Source of the DNA: an uncultured Verrucomicrobiae bacterium | Lineage (GTDB): Bacteria > Verrucomicrobiota > Verrucomicrobiia > Limisphaerales > Palsa-1400 | NCBI GenBank assembly: GCA_963759415.1 | Contig: CAVWZG010000003.1 | Coordinates: forward strand, 735,031-799,030 | Direction of reading: 5' to 3' | DNA length: 64,000 nucleotides | Shown here: in pieces, positions 44,615 to 54,356 of the stretch | Layout: each line of letters opens with the position of its first letter | How positions within the stretch are numbered: position 1 is the first letter of the stretch | The notes under the pieces: generated by a model | The model's input: only the letters and a program-made list of their open reading frames with translations | Database searches by the model: none | Told to the model about the DNA's origin: nothing | Position numbers and translations under genes: made by a program

Positions 44615-46615
44615 ATGCAACCAATTCATCTGGCTTGGGTTGATTACGCCATCCTCCTCTCTTACACGGTGTTCGTCATCGGCATCGGCTTCGCTCTGCG
44701 ACGCTACATGAAGACGTCGGCGGACTTCCTCACCGCCGCCCGCTCCCTGCCGACATGGGTCACCGGCCTGGCTTTCATTTCTGCCAACCTCGGCGCGCTG
44801 GAATTGGTCGGCATGGCTGCCAGCGGCGCCAAATACGGCATCGCCACCGCCCACTTCTATTGGGTTGGCGCGATTCCGGCGATGGTCTTTTTGGCGGTCT
44901 TCATGATGCCCTTCTATTACGGCTCCAAAGCCCGTTCGGTGCCCGAGTATCTGAAAATGCGCTTCGACGAGCGCACCCGCGCCCTCAATTCGGTTTCCTT
45001 TGCCGTCATGACCGTGTTTGCCTCCGGCATCTCCATGAACGCCCTGGCCAAGCTTTTGCACCAGCTTCTGGGCTGGAATTACGATGCCAGCCTCTGGATT
45101 TGCTCCGCGGTGGTGCTGCTCTACGTGCTCAAGGGCGGCCTCACTTCGGCGATTTACACGGAAGTCCTCCAGTTCTTCATGATCGTGCTCGGCTTCGCGC
45201 CGGTCGTTTACCTGGGGCTTAAGGACGTCGGCGGTTGGGACATGCTCAAAGGCAAACTGGTTGAAGTGGCGGCCAACCCGGCGGCGGCGGGGATGATCGA
45301 CAAGACGGGCAAAGTCTTTCCCGCTGATTCCTGGACCAGCACCTGGAAGCCGCTCCTGGCCGGGCCGTCCTCCAATCCCATGGGCGTTGATTGGTTCGCC
45401 ATCGTGTTTGGCCTGGGCTTCGTCCTGTCGTTTGGTTACTGGTGTACCAACTTCCTCGTCGTGCAGCGGGCCATGGCCGCCCGGAACATGGGCGCGGCGC
45501 GCCGCACTCCGTTGATCGCCGCCATTCCCAAAATGGTCTTCCCGGCGCTGGTCATCCTGCCTGGCATGATTGCCGCCGCGCTGGCCGTTTCTCACAAGGA
45601 CGGATACCGCCTTCCGCCCAAACCGCTCGACGCCGCGATCTATAGGAAGCTGACCCCTGCCGTCAACCGGGCCTCTTCGGCCGGCCTTCAGGGCCAGGCC
45701 GCCCTGCAAGCCATCAACACCGCTTTGGGCGATGCCGACGCCAAGACATTCAAGCTCAATCCCGAAAAAATCGCCGCCATTGTCTCTGACAACAAAACCG
45801 CCGTTCTCCCCGAGGCCACTCTCAGCGCCCGGCTGCAAGATGCCGTGGACGAGCCGGATTACGACGGGGTCATTCTCTCGCTGGTCAAGAAGTATTGTCC
45901 CACCGGTTTGCTCGGCCTGGCGTTGACAGGGTTGCTGGCCTCGTTCATGTCGGGCATGGCCGGCAACGTGACTGCCTTTAACACCATCTGGACGTACGAC
46001 CTTTACCAGGCCTACTTCGCGCCCAACAAGAGCGATGAACACTACGCCTGGATGGGCCGCGTCGTGACGGTCGCCGGCATTGGTCTGAGCATCGTTTGCG
46101 CCTACCTGGTAAGCCAATGGTCCAACGCCATGGACATCATCCAATTGGTATTTGGCTTTGTGAACGCCCCGCTCTTTGCGACCTTCCTGCTCGGCATGTT
46201 CTGGAAGAGGGCCACCGGCACAGGCGCTTTTCTGGGCCTGCTGGGCGGCACCGCCACCTCCGCTCTCTTCCACGCGCTCTCCACCACCTCCTCGAACGTT
46301 TTAGGGATCAAGGGCGGCTACCTGTGGCTCTGTCTGCACAAGAATATCGCGGATGTGCCCGCATACCTGAAATTCCCGAGCGACATGGCGCAGAATTTCT
46401 GGCTCGCCAGTTTTGCCTTCGCCGCCTGCTTCCTCCTGACCTTCGTTATTTCCCTCGCCACCAGGCGGACCAAGACGGACGAGGAGTTGAAAGGGTTGGT
46501 TTATTCATTGACGCCCAAGCTGGTTGATCACGACCAGTCGTTCTTCCTGCGGCCGTGGGTGTTGGGCAGCATTCTGCTTGGCGGCTGCGTTGTTCTTAAC
46601 ATTCTCTTTTGGTAG
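44615..46615 (+). CDS. Sodium:solute symporter family (SGLT-like) sugar transporter
   Basis: The multi-TM protein has SSS-family blocks (GGLTSAIYTEVLQFFMIVLG, WCTNFLVVQRAMAA). It is followed by galK. Confidence 0.85.
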   Translation: MQPIHLAWVDYAILLSYTVFVIGIGFALRRYMKTSADFLTAARSLPTWVTGLAFISANLGALELVGMAASGAKYGIATAHFYWVGAIPAMVFLAVFMMPFYYGSKARSVPEYLKMRFDERTRALNSVSFAVMTVFASGISMNALAKLLHQLLGWNYDASLWICSAVVLLYVLKGGLTSAIYTEVLQFFMIVLGFAPVVYLGLKDVGGWDMLKGKLVEVAANPAAAGMIDKTGKVFPADSWTSTWKPLLAGPSSNPMGVDWFAIVFGLGFVLSFGYWCTNFLVVQRAMAARNMGAARRTPLIAAIPKMVFPALVILPGMIAAALAVSHKDGYRLPPKPLDAAIYRKLTPAVNRASSAGLQGQAALQAINTALGDADAKTFKLNPEKIAAIVSDNKTAVLPEATLSARLQDAVDEPDYDGVILSLVKKYCPTGLLGLALTGLLASFMSGMAGNVTAFNTIWTYDLYQAYFAPNKSDEHYAWMGRVVTVAGIGLSIVCAYLVSQWSNAMDIIQLVFGFVNAPLFATFLLGMFWKRATGTGAFLGLLGGTATSALFHALSTTSSNVLGIKGGYLWLCLHKNIADVPAYLKFPSDMAQNFWLASFAFAACFLLTFVISLATRRTKTDEELKGLVYSLTPKLVDHDQSFFLRPWVLGSILLGGCVVLNILFW

Positions 46616-46630
46616 AAAGGAAACACAACT

Positions 46631-46846
46631 ATGGGACTCGATATTCGCTGGCCAATCGGCATCATGTTCTCGCTCGTTGGATTGTTGTTGGTCGTCTTCG
46701 GCGCCGCCACAAATTCCGACGTCGAAATGTACCGGCATTCCCTTGGCATCAACATCAACCTGATCTGGGGCGCCGTGCTGCTGCTCTTCGGCGCGGGGAT
46801 GCTTTTGGGGGCCATGTTCGGACGCAAGAAACCACCCACGCCTTGA
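46631..46846 (+). CDS. Small two-TM membrane protein (possible transporter accessory subunit)
   Basis: 71 aa with two hydrophobic helices. It sits tightly between the transporter gene and galK. Confidence 0.4.
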   Translation: MGLDIRWPIGIMFSLVGLLLVVFGAATNSDVEMYRHSLGININLIWGAVLLLFGAGMLLGAMFGRKKPPTP

Positions 46847-46861
46847 CACGAAACCTTCTCC

Positions 46862-48034
46862 ATGAAACTCCAGGAACTCTCCGCCCACGTCGCCCGTGAA
46901 TTTGCAAAGGCCTTCGGCCGTCCCCCGCGTTGGATCGTGGCCGCCCCCGGCCGCGTCAATGTCATCGGCGAACACACCGATTACAACGACGGCTTCGTTT
47001 TGCCGATGGCCATTGAGTATTACGCCGTCATGGCCGCAGACCTTCCGCCACGCGGCGGCGCCATGCTGTGCATCCGTTCCACCGCCGAAACGGAAACCGC
47101 GAATATAGACACCTCGAAGCCTATCACGAAAAGTCCGTTGAAATGGAGCAATTATCCACGCGGCGTCCTGGCTGGTTTCGTGGCGCGCGGCTTCAATCCG
47201 GGCGGGCTGGACGTTCTGTTGCACTCGACCGTGCCGCTGGGCGGCGGTTTGTCCAGCAGCGCGGCGTTGGAAGTTTGCACCGCGACGTTGCTCGAAGCGG
47301 TCAGCGGCAAGAAGATCGACCCCGTGGAGAAGGCGCTCCTGTGCCAGAAGGCCGAACATGATTTTGCCGGCGTGCCTTGCGGCATCATGGACCAATTCAT
47401 ATCCGTCATGGGCCGCGAGGGGCATTTGCTGTTGTTGGACTGCCGTTCCCGCAAAACCGAACTGGTGCCGATGCGCGATCCAGCCGTGGAATTGCTCATC
47501 GCCAACACCAACGTCAAACACGAATTGGGCAGCGGCCAATACGCCCACCGCCGCGCCCAATGCGAAGCGGCCGCGAAAATTCTCGGCCTGCCCTCCTTGC
47601 GCGACGCTTCCGCCGAAGCATTGGCACAGAAGCAAAGCAACATGGAGGGCGAGGTATTCCGCCGCGCCCGCCATGTTATCGGCGAAATCGCGCGCACGGT
47701 GAAGGCCGTCGAAGCCATTCGCGCCTCCGATTGGCCGAAAACGGGTGAGTTAATGTACGCCAGCCACCGCTCCTTGCGCGACGACTACGAAGTCAGTTGC
47801 CAGGAATTGGACGCGCTGGTGGAAATCGCCGAGTCCATCGGACTGGCGGGCGGCGTGTATGGCTGCCGGATGACGGGCGGCGGTTTTGGCGGATGCGCAG
47901 TGGCCCTGGTCAAGAGCAATGCCGTGCCCGCGATCACCCAAAAACTCGCGACGGGCTACAAAGCGAAAACAGGCATCGAAGCCACGATCTTCGACTCTCG
48001 ACCTGCCGCCGGAGCCACGGTCATCAAGGGCTGA
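46862..48034 (+). CDS. galK: Galactokinase
   Basis: APGRVNVIGEHTDYNDGFVLPMAI, PLGGGLSSSAALEV, GCRMTGGGFGGC. Confidence 0.9.
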   Translation: MKLQELSAHVAREFAKAFGRPPRWIVAAPGRVNVIGEHTDYNDGFVLPMAIEYYAVMAADLPPRGGAMLCIRSTAETETANIDTSKPITKSPLKWSNYPRGVLAGFVARGFNPGGLDVLLHSTVPLGGGLSSSAALEVCTATLLEAVSGKKIDPVEKALLCQKAEHDFAGVPCGIMDQFISVMGREGHLLLLDCRSRKTELVPMRDPAVELLIANTNVKHELGSGQYAHRRAQCEAAAKILGLPSLRDASAEALAQKQSNMEGEVFRRARHVIGEIARTVKAVEAIRASDWPKTGELMYASHRSLRDDYEVSCQELDALVEIAESIGLAGGVYGCRMTGGGFGGCAVALVKSNAVPAITQKLATGYKAKTGIEATIFDSRPAAGATVIKG

Positions 48035-48043
48035 CTTCACCCG

Positions 48044-51000
48044 ATGCCCAACCAGGCCAATTTCAACTCTTTCGAGAATGAACTGATTCGTCTGGTCGGC
48101 TCCTTCGAACACGGCCTCGGCGAGTTCAAAAGCTCCGGCTATGTTGAGGCGCAGCTTCGCGACGATTTCCTCAATCCCTTCTGGCGCTCTCTCGGCTGGG
48201 ACTTGGAAAACCAAGCCGGTCTGGTTCAAACCAAACGTGAAGTGGAAATCGAAAGCCGCACGGAGATCGGTGGACGGCAGAAGCGGGCCGATTACCTTTT
48301 CCGCGCCGAGGGCCAGGACCGCTTCGTTTGTGAAGCAAAGAAACCCGCGGAGGAACTCAATGCGCGCCACGCTTTTCAGGCCAAACGCTATGCTTGGAAC
48401 AAAGGCGTCGCCCTCGCCGTGCTGACCGATTTTGAGGAATTCAAACTCTACATCGTCGGCGGCAGGCCCTACCAGGCCGAGCCGTTGGCGGGCCTTTGGA
48501 AAACATGGCACTTCCGCCAACTCCCGCTGATGGCGCGAGAGATTTGGGACCTGCTCGCCCGCGACACAATCGCCGCCGGCAGCATCGACCAGGTGATTGA
48601 ATCACTGCCAAAAGCGCCGGCGGGCAAAGGCAAGGCGCGTCAGCAATGGCTCGTCAAGCCCGACCGTTCCCGCGCGCTCGACGTGGAGTTCCTGAATGTC
48701 CTTGATGAAGCCCGCCGCGATCTTGGCTTCGACCTGCTCCGCAATAACGACCGGACGGACCTGCTGGAAGACAACAAACTCAACGAAGCCGTCCAGCGTA
48801 TCATTGACCGGATTCTCTTTCTGCGCATCTGCGAAGACCGCGACATCGACACCGGGGTTCTGCTCGAATCCATCGATCAAACCTGGGGACGGAATTACCA
48901 CAAGGAAGATGTGGTTCGCGCCCACCAACAACCCTTGGAGTTGCGCGAGGAACCGCCCGCCGACTTCGGCTTCAGCGGCCTCCGCGCTCCCAAGGATTCT
49001 CTCTGGCGCGCCGTGGTGCGCCATTTCCGCGCGCTGGACCGCCGTCCCCCTTCGCACGTGCCATTCTTCAACGGCAACCTCTTCAAGCCCCACTTCAGCG
49101 AAGAATTGGTGGTGAGTGACGGATGGCTCGCCGAGTTCATCGCGGATTTGAGCGACGAGGAATCGCCGTATCTTTTCAGCTACATCCCGGTCGAAATTCT
49201 CGGCACGATTTACGAACGCTTCCTCGGCAAGGTCGTCCGCCCGCAGGGTCGCGGCGTCACGATTGAGGAAAAACCGGAAGTCCGCAAGGCCGGTGGCGTC
49301 TATTACACCCCGCGCTACATCGTGCAATACATCGTGGCGCAGACCGTGGAAAAACTTTTGCGCGAAGCCAGCCCGGAAGCCTCCTTGAAACTTCACTTCC
49401 TGGATCCCGCCTGCGGTTCGGGCAGCTTTCTCCTGCGGGTCTTTGAGGCCGTCTGCGAACACTGGGAGAAATGGCTCATCGACCGGCCGGACGAGCGCAA
49501 GAAGAAGTGGTGCTGGGTGGATGAAACGACCGGCGCCGTTCACCTGACCATGGCGCTCAAGCGGCAGATTCTCACCAGTAGCGTCTTTGGCGTGGACCTC
49601 GATCCCGGGGCGGTGGAAGTCACGCAACTCTCGCTCTATCTCAAGATGCTGGAGAACGAGAACCGCAACACCATCACCCATCAGCGCGAACTTCTTCCCA
49701 ACGATGACGACCCGCTCCTGCCACCGCTGGAGAACAACATTAAATGCGGCAACTCGCTTATCGCCTCCAACTTCTCAATGATCCCCGAAGACCTCGTGCG
49801 CGTGCGCGTCTTCGACTGGAACGTCGGTTTCAAGGACATCATGAAAACAGGCGGCTTCGATGCGGTAGTGGGCAATCCGCCTTACATTTTCACTCGCAAT
49901 CAGGGCATCGCCGAAGACGAAAAGGAATACTTCTACCAGGCCTACAAACACCAGAGCATCCAACTCAATACCTTCGGAATCTTTGTGGAGAAATCTCTGG
50001 AGTTGTTACGGCAGGACGGGGCGCTTGGATTTATCACGCCCAACAACTGGCTGACAATTGACACGTTTGCCCGGCTGCGGGCCTTCATGCTTGCTTCCAC
50101 GAGCCAGCTTAAAGTCGTCAATATTTTGGAACGGGTCTTTGAGGCCGCCGACGTGGACACCTGCGTCGTGGTTTTTCAAAAAGGAAAGCCGGATACGCTG
50201 ACCATTGCCGAGATGTCCGGTCAAAAGGTGGTGTTCACGCGGACCTTGCCGCCCAGCAACGTGCAACCGCCATCGTACATCATTCAAATTAGTCTCCTTA
50301 AAGATGCCAAGGCCCAAAGCCTGCTCACTAAAATTGAGCGGGCATCCGAGCCGCTTTCCTTCTATGCCACCGTCTCCACAGGGTTGAAGGCTTACCAGAC
50401 CGGCAAAGGCAAGCCGGCGCAAACAGACCAACTCAAGAACCAGCGAGTGTTTCACGCGGCCAGCAAACGGAATAAGACTTATGGCCGGTATCTTGACGGC
50501 GTGGATGTGTGCAGATATTGGCTTGGCTGGTCTGGCGAATGGTTGAGTTATGGCGATTGGATAGCCGAACCAAGGCACTCAGTTCCATTTGCTGGCGAAC
50601 GCATCCTGGTGCGGCAAATCCCCGCCTCCCCTCCCTATCTGGTGCATGGCGTTTTCACATCGGAGGAATTCTATAACGACATCAACAGCATGATCATCTT
50701 CGCTCCGAGCCAAGGCGTTTCTCTGAAATTTCTGCTCGGTATAATCAACTCGCGCCTCGTATCTTTTTGGTTTCAGAAAAAATTCGACAAGCTTCAGAGA
50801 AAAATATTCCCGCAATTCAAGGTTAAGGAACTTGCTGAATTCCCAATCGCGAAAATGGACCTGTCCAAGCAGGCCGGCCAAACACGCCACGATCAAGTGG
50901 TGGCATTGGTGGACAAGCTGCTTGGGTTGATCAGCAAGCTACGCCAGGCGCGGAGCGAGTCGGAACGGCAGACCTTGCAGAACGCCGTCACCGCCGCCGA

Positions 51001-51079
51001 CCAGCAACTTGACGCGCTGGTCTATGAGCTTTACGGCCTGACCGAAAAAGAAAAGAAACTGGTCGAGGACGGGCTATGA
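48044..51079 (+). CDS. Single-chain Type IIG/IIL restriction-modification enzyme (MmeI/Eco57I-like: PD-(D/E)XK nuclease + N6A MTase + specificity domain)
   Basis: N-terminal RADYLFRAEGQDRFVCEAKKP (D-X13-E-A-K). Motif I FLDPACGSGSFLLRV. Motif IV AVVGNPPYIF. KCGNSLIAS. Long C-terminal region. Confidence 0.85.
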   Translation: MPNQANFNSFENELIRLVGSFEHGLGEFKSSGYVEAQLRDDFLNPFWRSLGWDLENQAGLVQTKREVEIESRTEIGGRQKRADYLFRAEGQDRFVCEAKKPAEELNARHAFQAKRYAWNKGVALAVLTDFEEFKLYIVGGRPYQAEPLAGLWKTWHFRQLPLMAREIWDLLARDTIAAGSIDQVIESLPKAPAGKGKARQQWLVKPDRSRALDVEFLNVLDEARRDLGFDLLRNNDRTDLLEDNKLNEAVQRIIDRILFLRICEDRDIDTGVLLESIDQTWGRNYHKEDVVRAHQQPLELREEPPADFGFSGLRAPKDSLWRAVVRHFRALDRRPPSHVPFFNGNLFKPHFSEELVVSDGWLAEFIADLSDEESPYLFSYIPVEILGTIYERFLGKVVRPQGRGVTIEEKPEVRKAGGVYYTPRYIVQYIVAQTVEKLLREASPEASLKLHFLDPACGSGSFLLRVFEAVCEHWEKWLIDRPDERKKKWCWVDETTGAVHLTMALKRQILTSSVFGVDLDPGAVEVTQLSLYLKMLENENRNTITHQRELLPNDDDPLLPPLENNIKCGNSLIASNFSMIPEDLVRVRVFDWNVGFKDIMKTGGFDAVVGNPPYIFTRNQGIAEDEKEYFYQAYKHQSIQLNTFGIFVEKSLELLRQDGALGFITPNNWLTIDTFARLRAFMLASTSQLKVVNILERVFEAADVDTCVVVFQKGKPDTLTIAEMSGQKVVFTRTLPPSNVQPPSYIIQISLLKDAKAQSLLTKIERASEPLSFYATVSTGLKAYQTGKGKPAQTDQLKNQRVFHAASKRNKTYGRYLDGVDVCRYWLGWSGEWLSYGDWIAEPRHSVPFAGERILVRQIPASPPYLVHGVFTSEEFYNDINSMIIFAPSQGVSLKFLLGIINSRLVSFWFQKKFDKLQRKIFPQFKVKELAEFPIAKMDLSKQAGQTRHDQVVALVDKLLGLISKLRQARSESERQTLQNAVTAADQQLDALVYELYGLTEKEKKLVEDGL

Positions 51080-51970
51080 CGCGACTTCCTTCCAAGGCGG
51101 AGTGGCCGGGAGGCTTTCGTCGAATTCGGCGAACAGCTTTTTCTCGTAGTCACCGGCGAATTTCCCGGCAAAAAACCTGCCCAGACCGTTCTCGAAAAGC
51201 TCCTTCCACGACTCTTCCTCGTGGTTGGGCACCACCGGGAAAAACAGCACGTTGTTGGCCTTGGCGGCCTTGTAGTCGCCAGGGGCGTCACCGATCATCA
51301 AAATATTTTCGCGCGGGTATTTGCCGGCGGCGGCCAGCTTGAGGTGCTCGCTCTTGGATCCCATCTCCTGGCCGGCAATGAGGCGGACGTGCTGGTCAAT
51401 GCCGTGCTCGGCCCATTCGCGGCGCAGGGCCTCGCCCGGCGTCTGCGAAATGACCATGACATCGGCCTGCGGCGTCAGTTTCTCCAGGCATTCCCGCACC
51501 AGCGGAAACGGCGGCACGCCATGCACGATGTCCGCGATGGAGGCGTTGACGGCCTTGGACCAATCCAACAGGGGGGCCAATTCCTTGTGCCCGGCCTTGA
51601 TTTCCGCCGCCAAAGTGCTTTCGCCCAATTTGCTCTCGCGCGCGGTCCACTGCTCCAGGGCGCGGGTGTCGAAAATATCCACGTTGCGCGCCAGGACTTC
51701 CGGGCGGCGCCGCAACAGGTGCAGCGTGAAGGCCAGGGCGTGAAAGCGGTTGCAGCCGCGGGTCTTGGAGTAAAGATTGACGAAATCCCAGGCCTGCCGG
51801 GCGTATTTGCTGGCGGCCTGCAAGTGGAAATGCTTGATGAACATGGGAGTGAAGCATTCCTTGTGCTTGATCTCCATTGTGTCAAACACGCATCCGTCGG
51901 AGTCGATGCCGACGAAAAACTTTTCACGCGGCGCGAAGTCGCGCAGCGGTTGGGCGGGGTCTGGGTTCAT
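51074..51970 (-). CDS. HAD-superfamily hydrolase
   Basis: FFVGIDSDGCVFDT (DxD motif I) and MIGDAPGDYKAAKAN (motif IV-like). Start taken at MNPDPAQ (51970). The upstream extension in the track is P/A-rich and unlikely to be coding. Confidence 0.7.
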   Translation of the reverse strand: MNPDPAQPLRDFAPREKFFVGIDSDGCVFDTMEIKHKECFTPMFIKHFHLQAASKYARQAWDFVNLYSKTRGCNRFHALAFTLHLLRRRPEVLARNVDIFDTRALEQWTARESKLGESTLAAEIKAGHKELAPLLDWSKAVNASIADIVHGVPPFPLVRECLEKLTPQADVMVISQTPGEALRREWAEHGIDQHVRLIAGQEMGSKSEHLKLAAAGKYPRENILMIGDAPGDYKAAKANNVLFFPVVPNHEEESWKELFENGLGRFFAGKFAGDYEKKLFAEFDESLPATPPWKEVAS

Positions 51971-51977
51971 GGGTGGT

Positions 51978-53432
51978 TCAAACGGTATAGGTGCCGGAGG
52001 CGGTGACGCCGCCGCGGCCGGTCCAGTTGGTGTGGGAGAATTGGCCGCGCGGCTGGTCAACGCGTTCGTAGGTGTGGGCGCCAAAGTAATCGCGTTGCGC
52101 CTGGAGCAAATTGGCTGGCAGGCGCGCACAACGGTAGCTGTCGTAGAAATTGAGCGCGGTGGAAAAGGCCGGCGTGGGGATGCCCTTGCGCGCGGCGGTG
52201 GAGACCACCAGGCGCCAGGCCTTCTGGCATTTCTTGATTTCGCCGCGGAAGAAATTATCCAGCAGCAGGTTGGTCAGCTTGGCATTCTGATCATAGGCCT
52301 CCTTGATCTTGCCCAGGAAACGGCTGCGGATAATGCAACCGCCGCGCCACATCATGGCCACGCCGCCGTAATTGAGATTCCAGCCGTATTGCTTGGCGGC
52401 CGTCCGCATGAGCATGTAGCCCTGCGCGTAGGAAATAATCTTCGAGGCGTAGAGGGCCTGGCGAATGGCCTCGACAAAGGTCGCGCGGTCGCCGGAGATT
52501 TTGGCCCTTGGCCCTTTGAGTTTTCGGGCGGCGGCCACCCGCTCGTCCTTCAAGGCCGACACGCAGCGGGAATAAACCGCCTCGGCGATGAGGGTGATGG
52601 GGATGCCCAATTCGGCGGAATTGATGACCGTCCATTTGCCGGTGCCCTTCTGGCCGGCCGTGTCCAGGATTTTGTCCACCAGCGGCTGGCCGTCGGTGTC
52701 CTTGTAAGCCAGGATTTGCGCCGTGATCTCGATCAGGTAAGAATCCAGTTCGGTCTTGTTCCAGTTGGCAAAAGCCTCCTGCATTTCGGCGGCGGTCATG
52801 CCCAGGCCGTCCTTCATCAATTGATACGCCTCGCAGATCAATTCCATGTCGCCGTATTCGATGCCGTTGTGGACCATTTTGACGAAGTGGCCCGCGCCGT
52901 TTTCGCCCACCCAATCGCAACAGGGCGTGCTACCCTCGACTTTGGCGGCAATGCTCTGGAAAATATCTTTCACGTGCGGCCATGCGTCCTTGGAGCCGCC
53001 GGGCATGATGGATGGGCCAACCCGGGCGCCTTCTTCTCCGCCGGAAACGCCGGTGCCGATGAAGAGGAACCCTTTGCCTTCCAGATACTTGGTGCGGCGC
53101 GTGGTGTCCTCAAAAAGCGAATTGCCGCCGTCAATGATGATGTCGCCCTTTTCCAGGTGCGGCAGGAGTTCCTCGATCAAATCATCCACCGCCTGGCCGG
53201 CTTTGACCATGAGCATGACGCGGCGCGGGTGTTTGAGCATGCCGGCCAATTCCGCCAGCGAATGCGCGCCGACGACCTTGGTGCCCTTGGCTTCGCGGCC
53301 CAGGAACTCGTCCACTTTGGCCACCGTGCGGTTGAACACGGCCACCTTGAAGCCGTGATCATTCATGTTAAGAACCAGGTTCTGGCCCATGACGGCCAGA
53401 CCAATCAATCCAATATCAGCTTGTGTTTCCAT
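51978..53432 (-). CDS. gnd: 6-phosphogluconate dehydrogenase (decarboxylating)
   Basis: DIGLIGLAVMGQNLVLNMNDHGF..., GTGVSGGEEGAR, HFVKMVHNGIEYGDM. Confidence 0.9.
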   Translation of the reverse strand: METQADIGLIGLAVMGQNLVLNMNDHGFKVAVFNRTVAKVDEFLGREAKGTKVVGAHSLAELAGMLKHPRRVMLMVKAGQAVDDLIEELLPHLEKGDIIIDGGNSLFEDTTRRTKYLEGKGFLFIGTGVSGGEEGARVGPSIMPGGSKDAWPHVKDIFQSIAAKVEGSTPCCDWVGENGAGHFVKMVHNGIEYGDMELICEAYQLMKDGLGMTAAEMQEAFANWNKTELDSYLIEITAQILAYKDTDGQPLVDKILDTAGQKGTGKWTVINSAELGIPITLIAEAVYSRCVSALKDERVAAARKLKGPRAKISGDRATFVEAIRQALYASKIISYAQGYMLMRTAAKQYGWNLNYGGVAMMWRGGCIIRSRFLGKIKEAYDQNAKLTNLLLDNFFRGEIKKCQKAWRLVVSTAARKGIPTPAFSTALNFYDSYRCARLPANLLQAQRDYFGAHTYERVDQPRGQFSHTNWTGRGGVTASGTYTV

Positions 53433-53571
53433 ATAATGCGGGCTTGAAGATACAAAACGCCTCATTTTTGGCAACAAGAGAATAAGGCGATGAAAAGAGA
53501 CAGGCGCGGGACAAGATACTTCACGTCGCTGGTAGGTAGGGCGGCGCTGCGTCGCCGCCCAAGAGTTTCAG

Positions 53572-53593
53572 GGCAGAGCGGCAGCGCTGCCCT
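53572..53593. repeat. REP-like hairpin motif GGCAGAGCGGCAGCGCTGCCCT, copy b (next to a second GC hairpin 53539-53560)
   Basis: gggcag...ctgccc stem. The adjacent hairpin is gggcggcg-ctgcgt-cgccgccc. Confidence 0.8.
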
Positions 53594-53676
53594 ACCGGGA
53601 ACGACAAGTCTTACATAATAGTTGTTGCCTTACTTTTTGTCTTGTGGCATACTTTTCCAGAAATGACGCACAAAAC

Positions 53677-53928
53677 ATGAATGCTGCCTACGTCACATCC
53701 AAAGGCCAGTTGGTTGTGCCCTCCCGTATTCGCCGCCGTTATGGCATCAAACCCGGCACGCGCGTCAACTTCGTGGAGGAAGGCAATCGCATCATCTTCC
53801 AGCCCGTCACCCGTGAATACATCGATTCCTTCTGCGGCATCTTCAAGCTCCGGCCGGACGAAAAATCCGTCGTTCAGGAGCATCTGGAGGAGCGCCGCGC
53901 CGAACGCGAGAAGGAAAACCGCGAATGA
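53677..53928 (+). CDS. AbrB/SpoVT-type antitoxin
   Basis: VTSKGQLVVPSRIRRRYGIKPGTRVNFVEEGNRIIFQP (swapped-hairpin beta-barrel motif). ATGA overlap with the PIN gene. Confidence 0.75.
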   Translation: MNAAYVTSKGQLVVPSRIRRRYGIKPGTRVNFVEEGNRIIFQPVTREYIDSFCGIFKLRPDEKSVVQEHLEERRAEREKENRE

Positions 53929-54326
53929 AACCGGCAGTCCTGGATGCTTCCGCCGTGCTGGCCATGTTCTTTGGCGAACCGGGCATGGAGAAGATGCGCG
54001 AACTCTTTCACAAGGCCGCCGAAGCCGACCGCCCCGTCTTCATCACCGCCGTCAATTGGGCGGAAGTCCTTTACACGATGGAGCGCAAACAGGGCAAAAC
54101 CGGCCTGGAGACGGCCCGCCAGTTCGAGCGCACCACCCCCTTGGAAACCGTGCCCGTTGACCGCGACTTGGCCGAAGCCGCCGCCCATTCAAAAGCCGCG
54201 CACGGCCTGGGTTTGGCCGCCGCCTTCGCCGCCGCCCTGGCCGCCCAAAAAAAAGCCGAACTCCTCACCGCCGACACCGACTTCAAACCCCTCGAAACCC
54301 AAATCAAAATCAACTGGCTGAAATAG
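53925..54326 (+). CDS. vapC: PIN-domain toxin (VapC family), intact
   Basis: AVLDASAVLAMF..., ITAVNWAEVLY, LLTADTDFKPLE (acidic PIN residues present). Confidence 0.8.
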   Translation: MKPAVLDASAVLAMFFGEPGMEKMRELFHKAAEADRPVFITAVNWAEVLYTMERKQGKTGLETARQFERTTPLETVPVDRDLAEAAAHSKAAHGLGLAAAFAAALAAQKKAELLTADTDFKPLETQIKINWLK

Positions 54327-54356
54327 GCTTTCCGCCAGCCGCGCACAAATTAGCCT

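Noticed and set aside
44603-47674. Minus-strand ORFs 44603..46273 (556 aa) and 46505..47674 (389 aa)
   Set aside because: They are antisense to the SSS transporter and galK genes, both of which have unmistakable family motifs on the plus strand.
51777-53447. 556-aa plus-strand ORF
   Set aside because: It is antisense to gnd.
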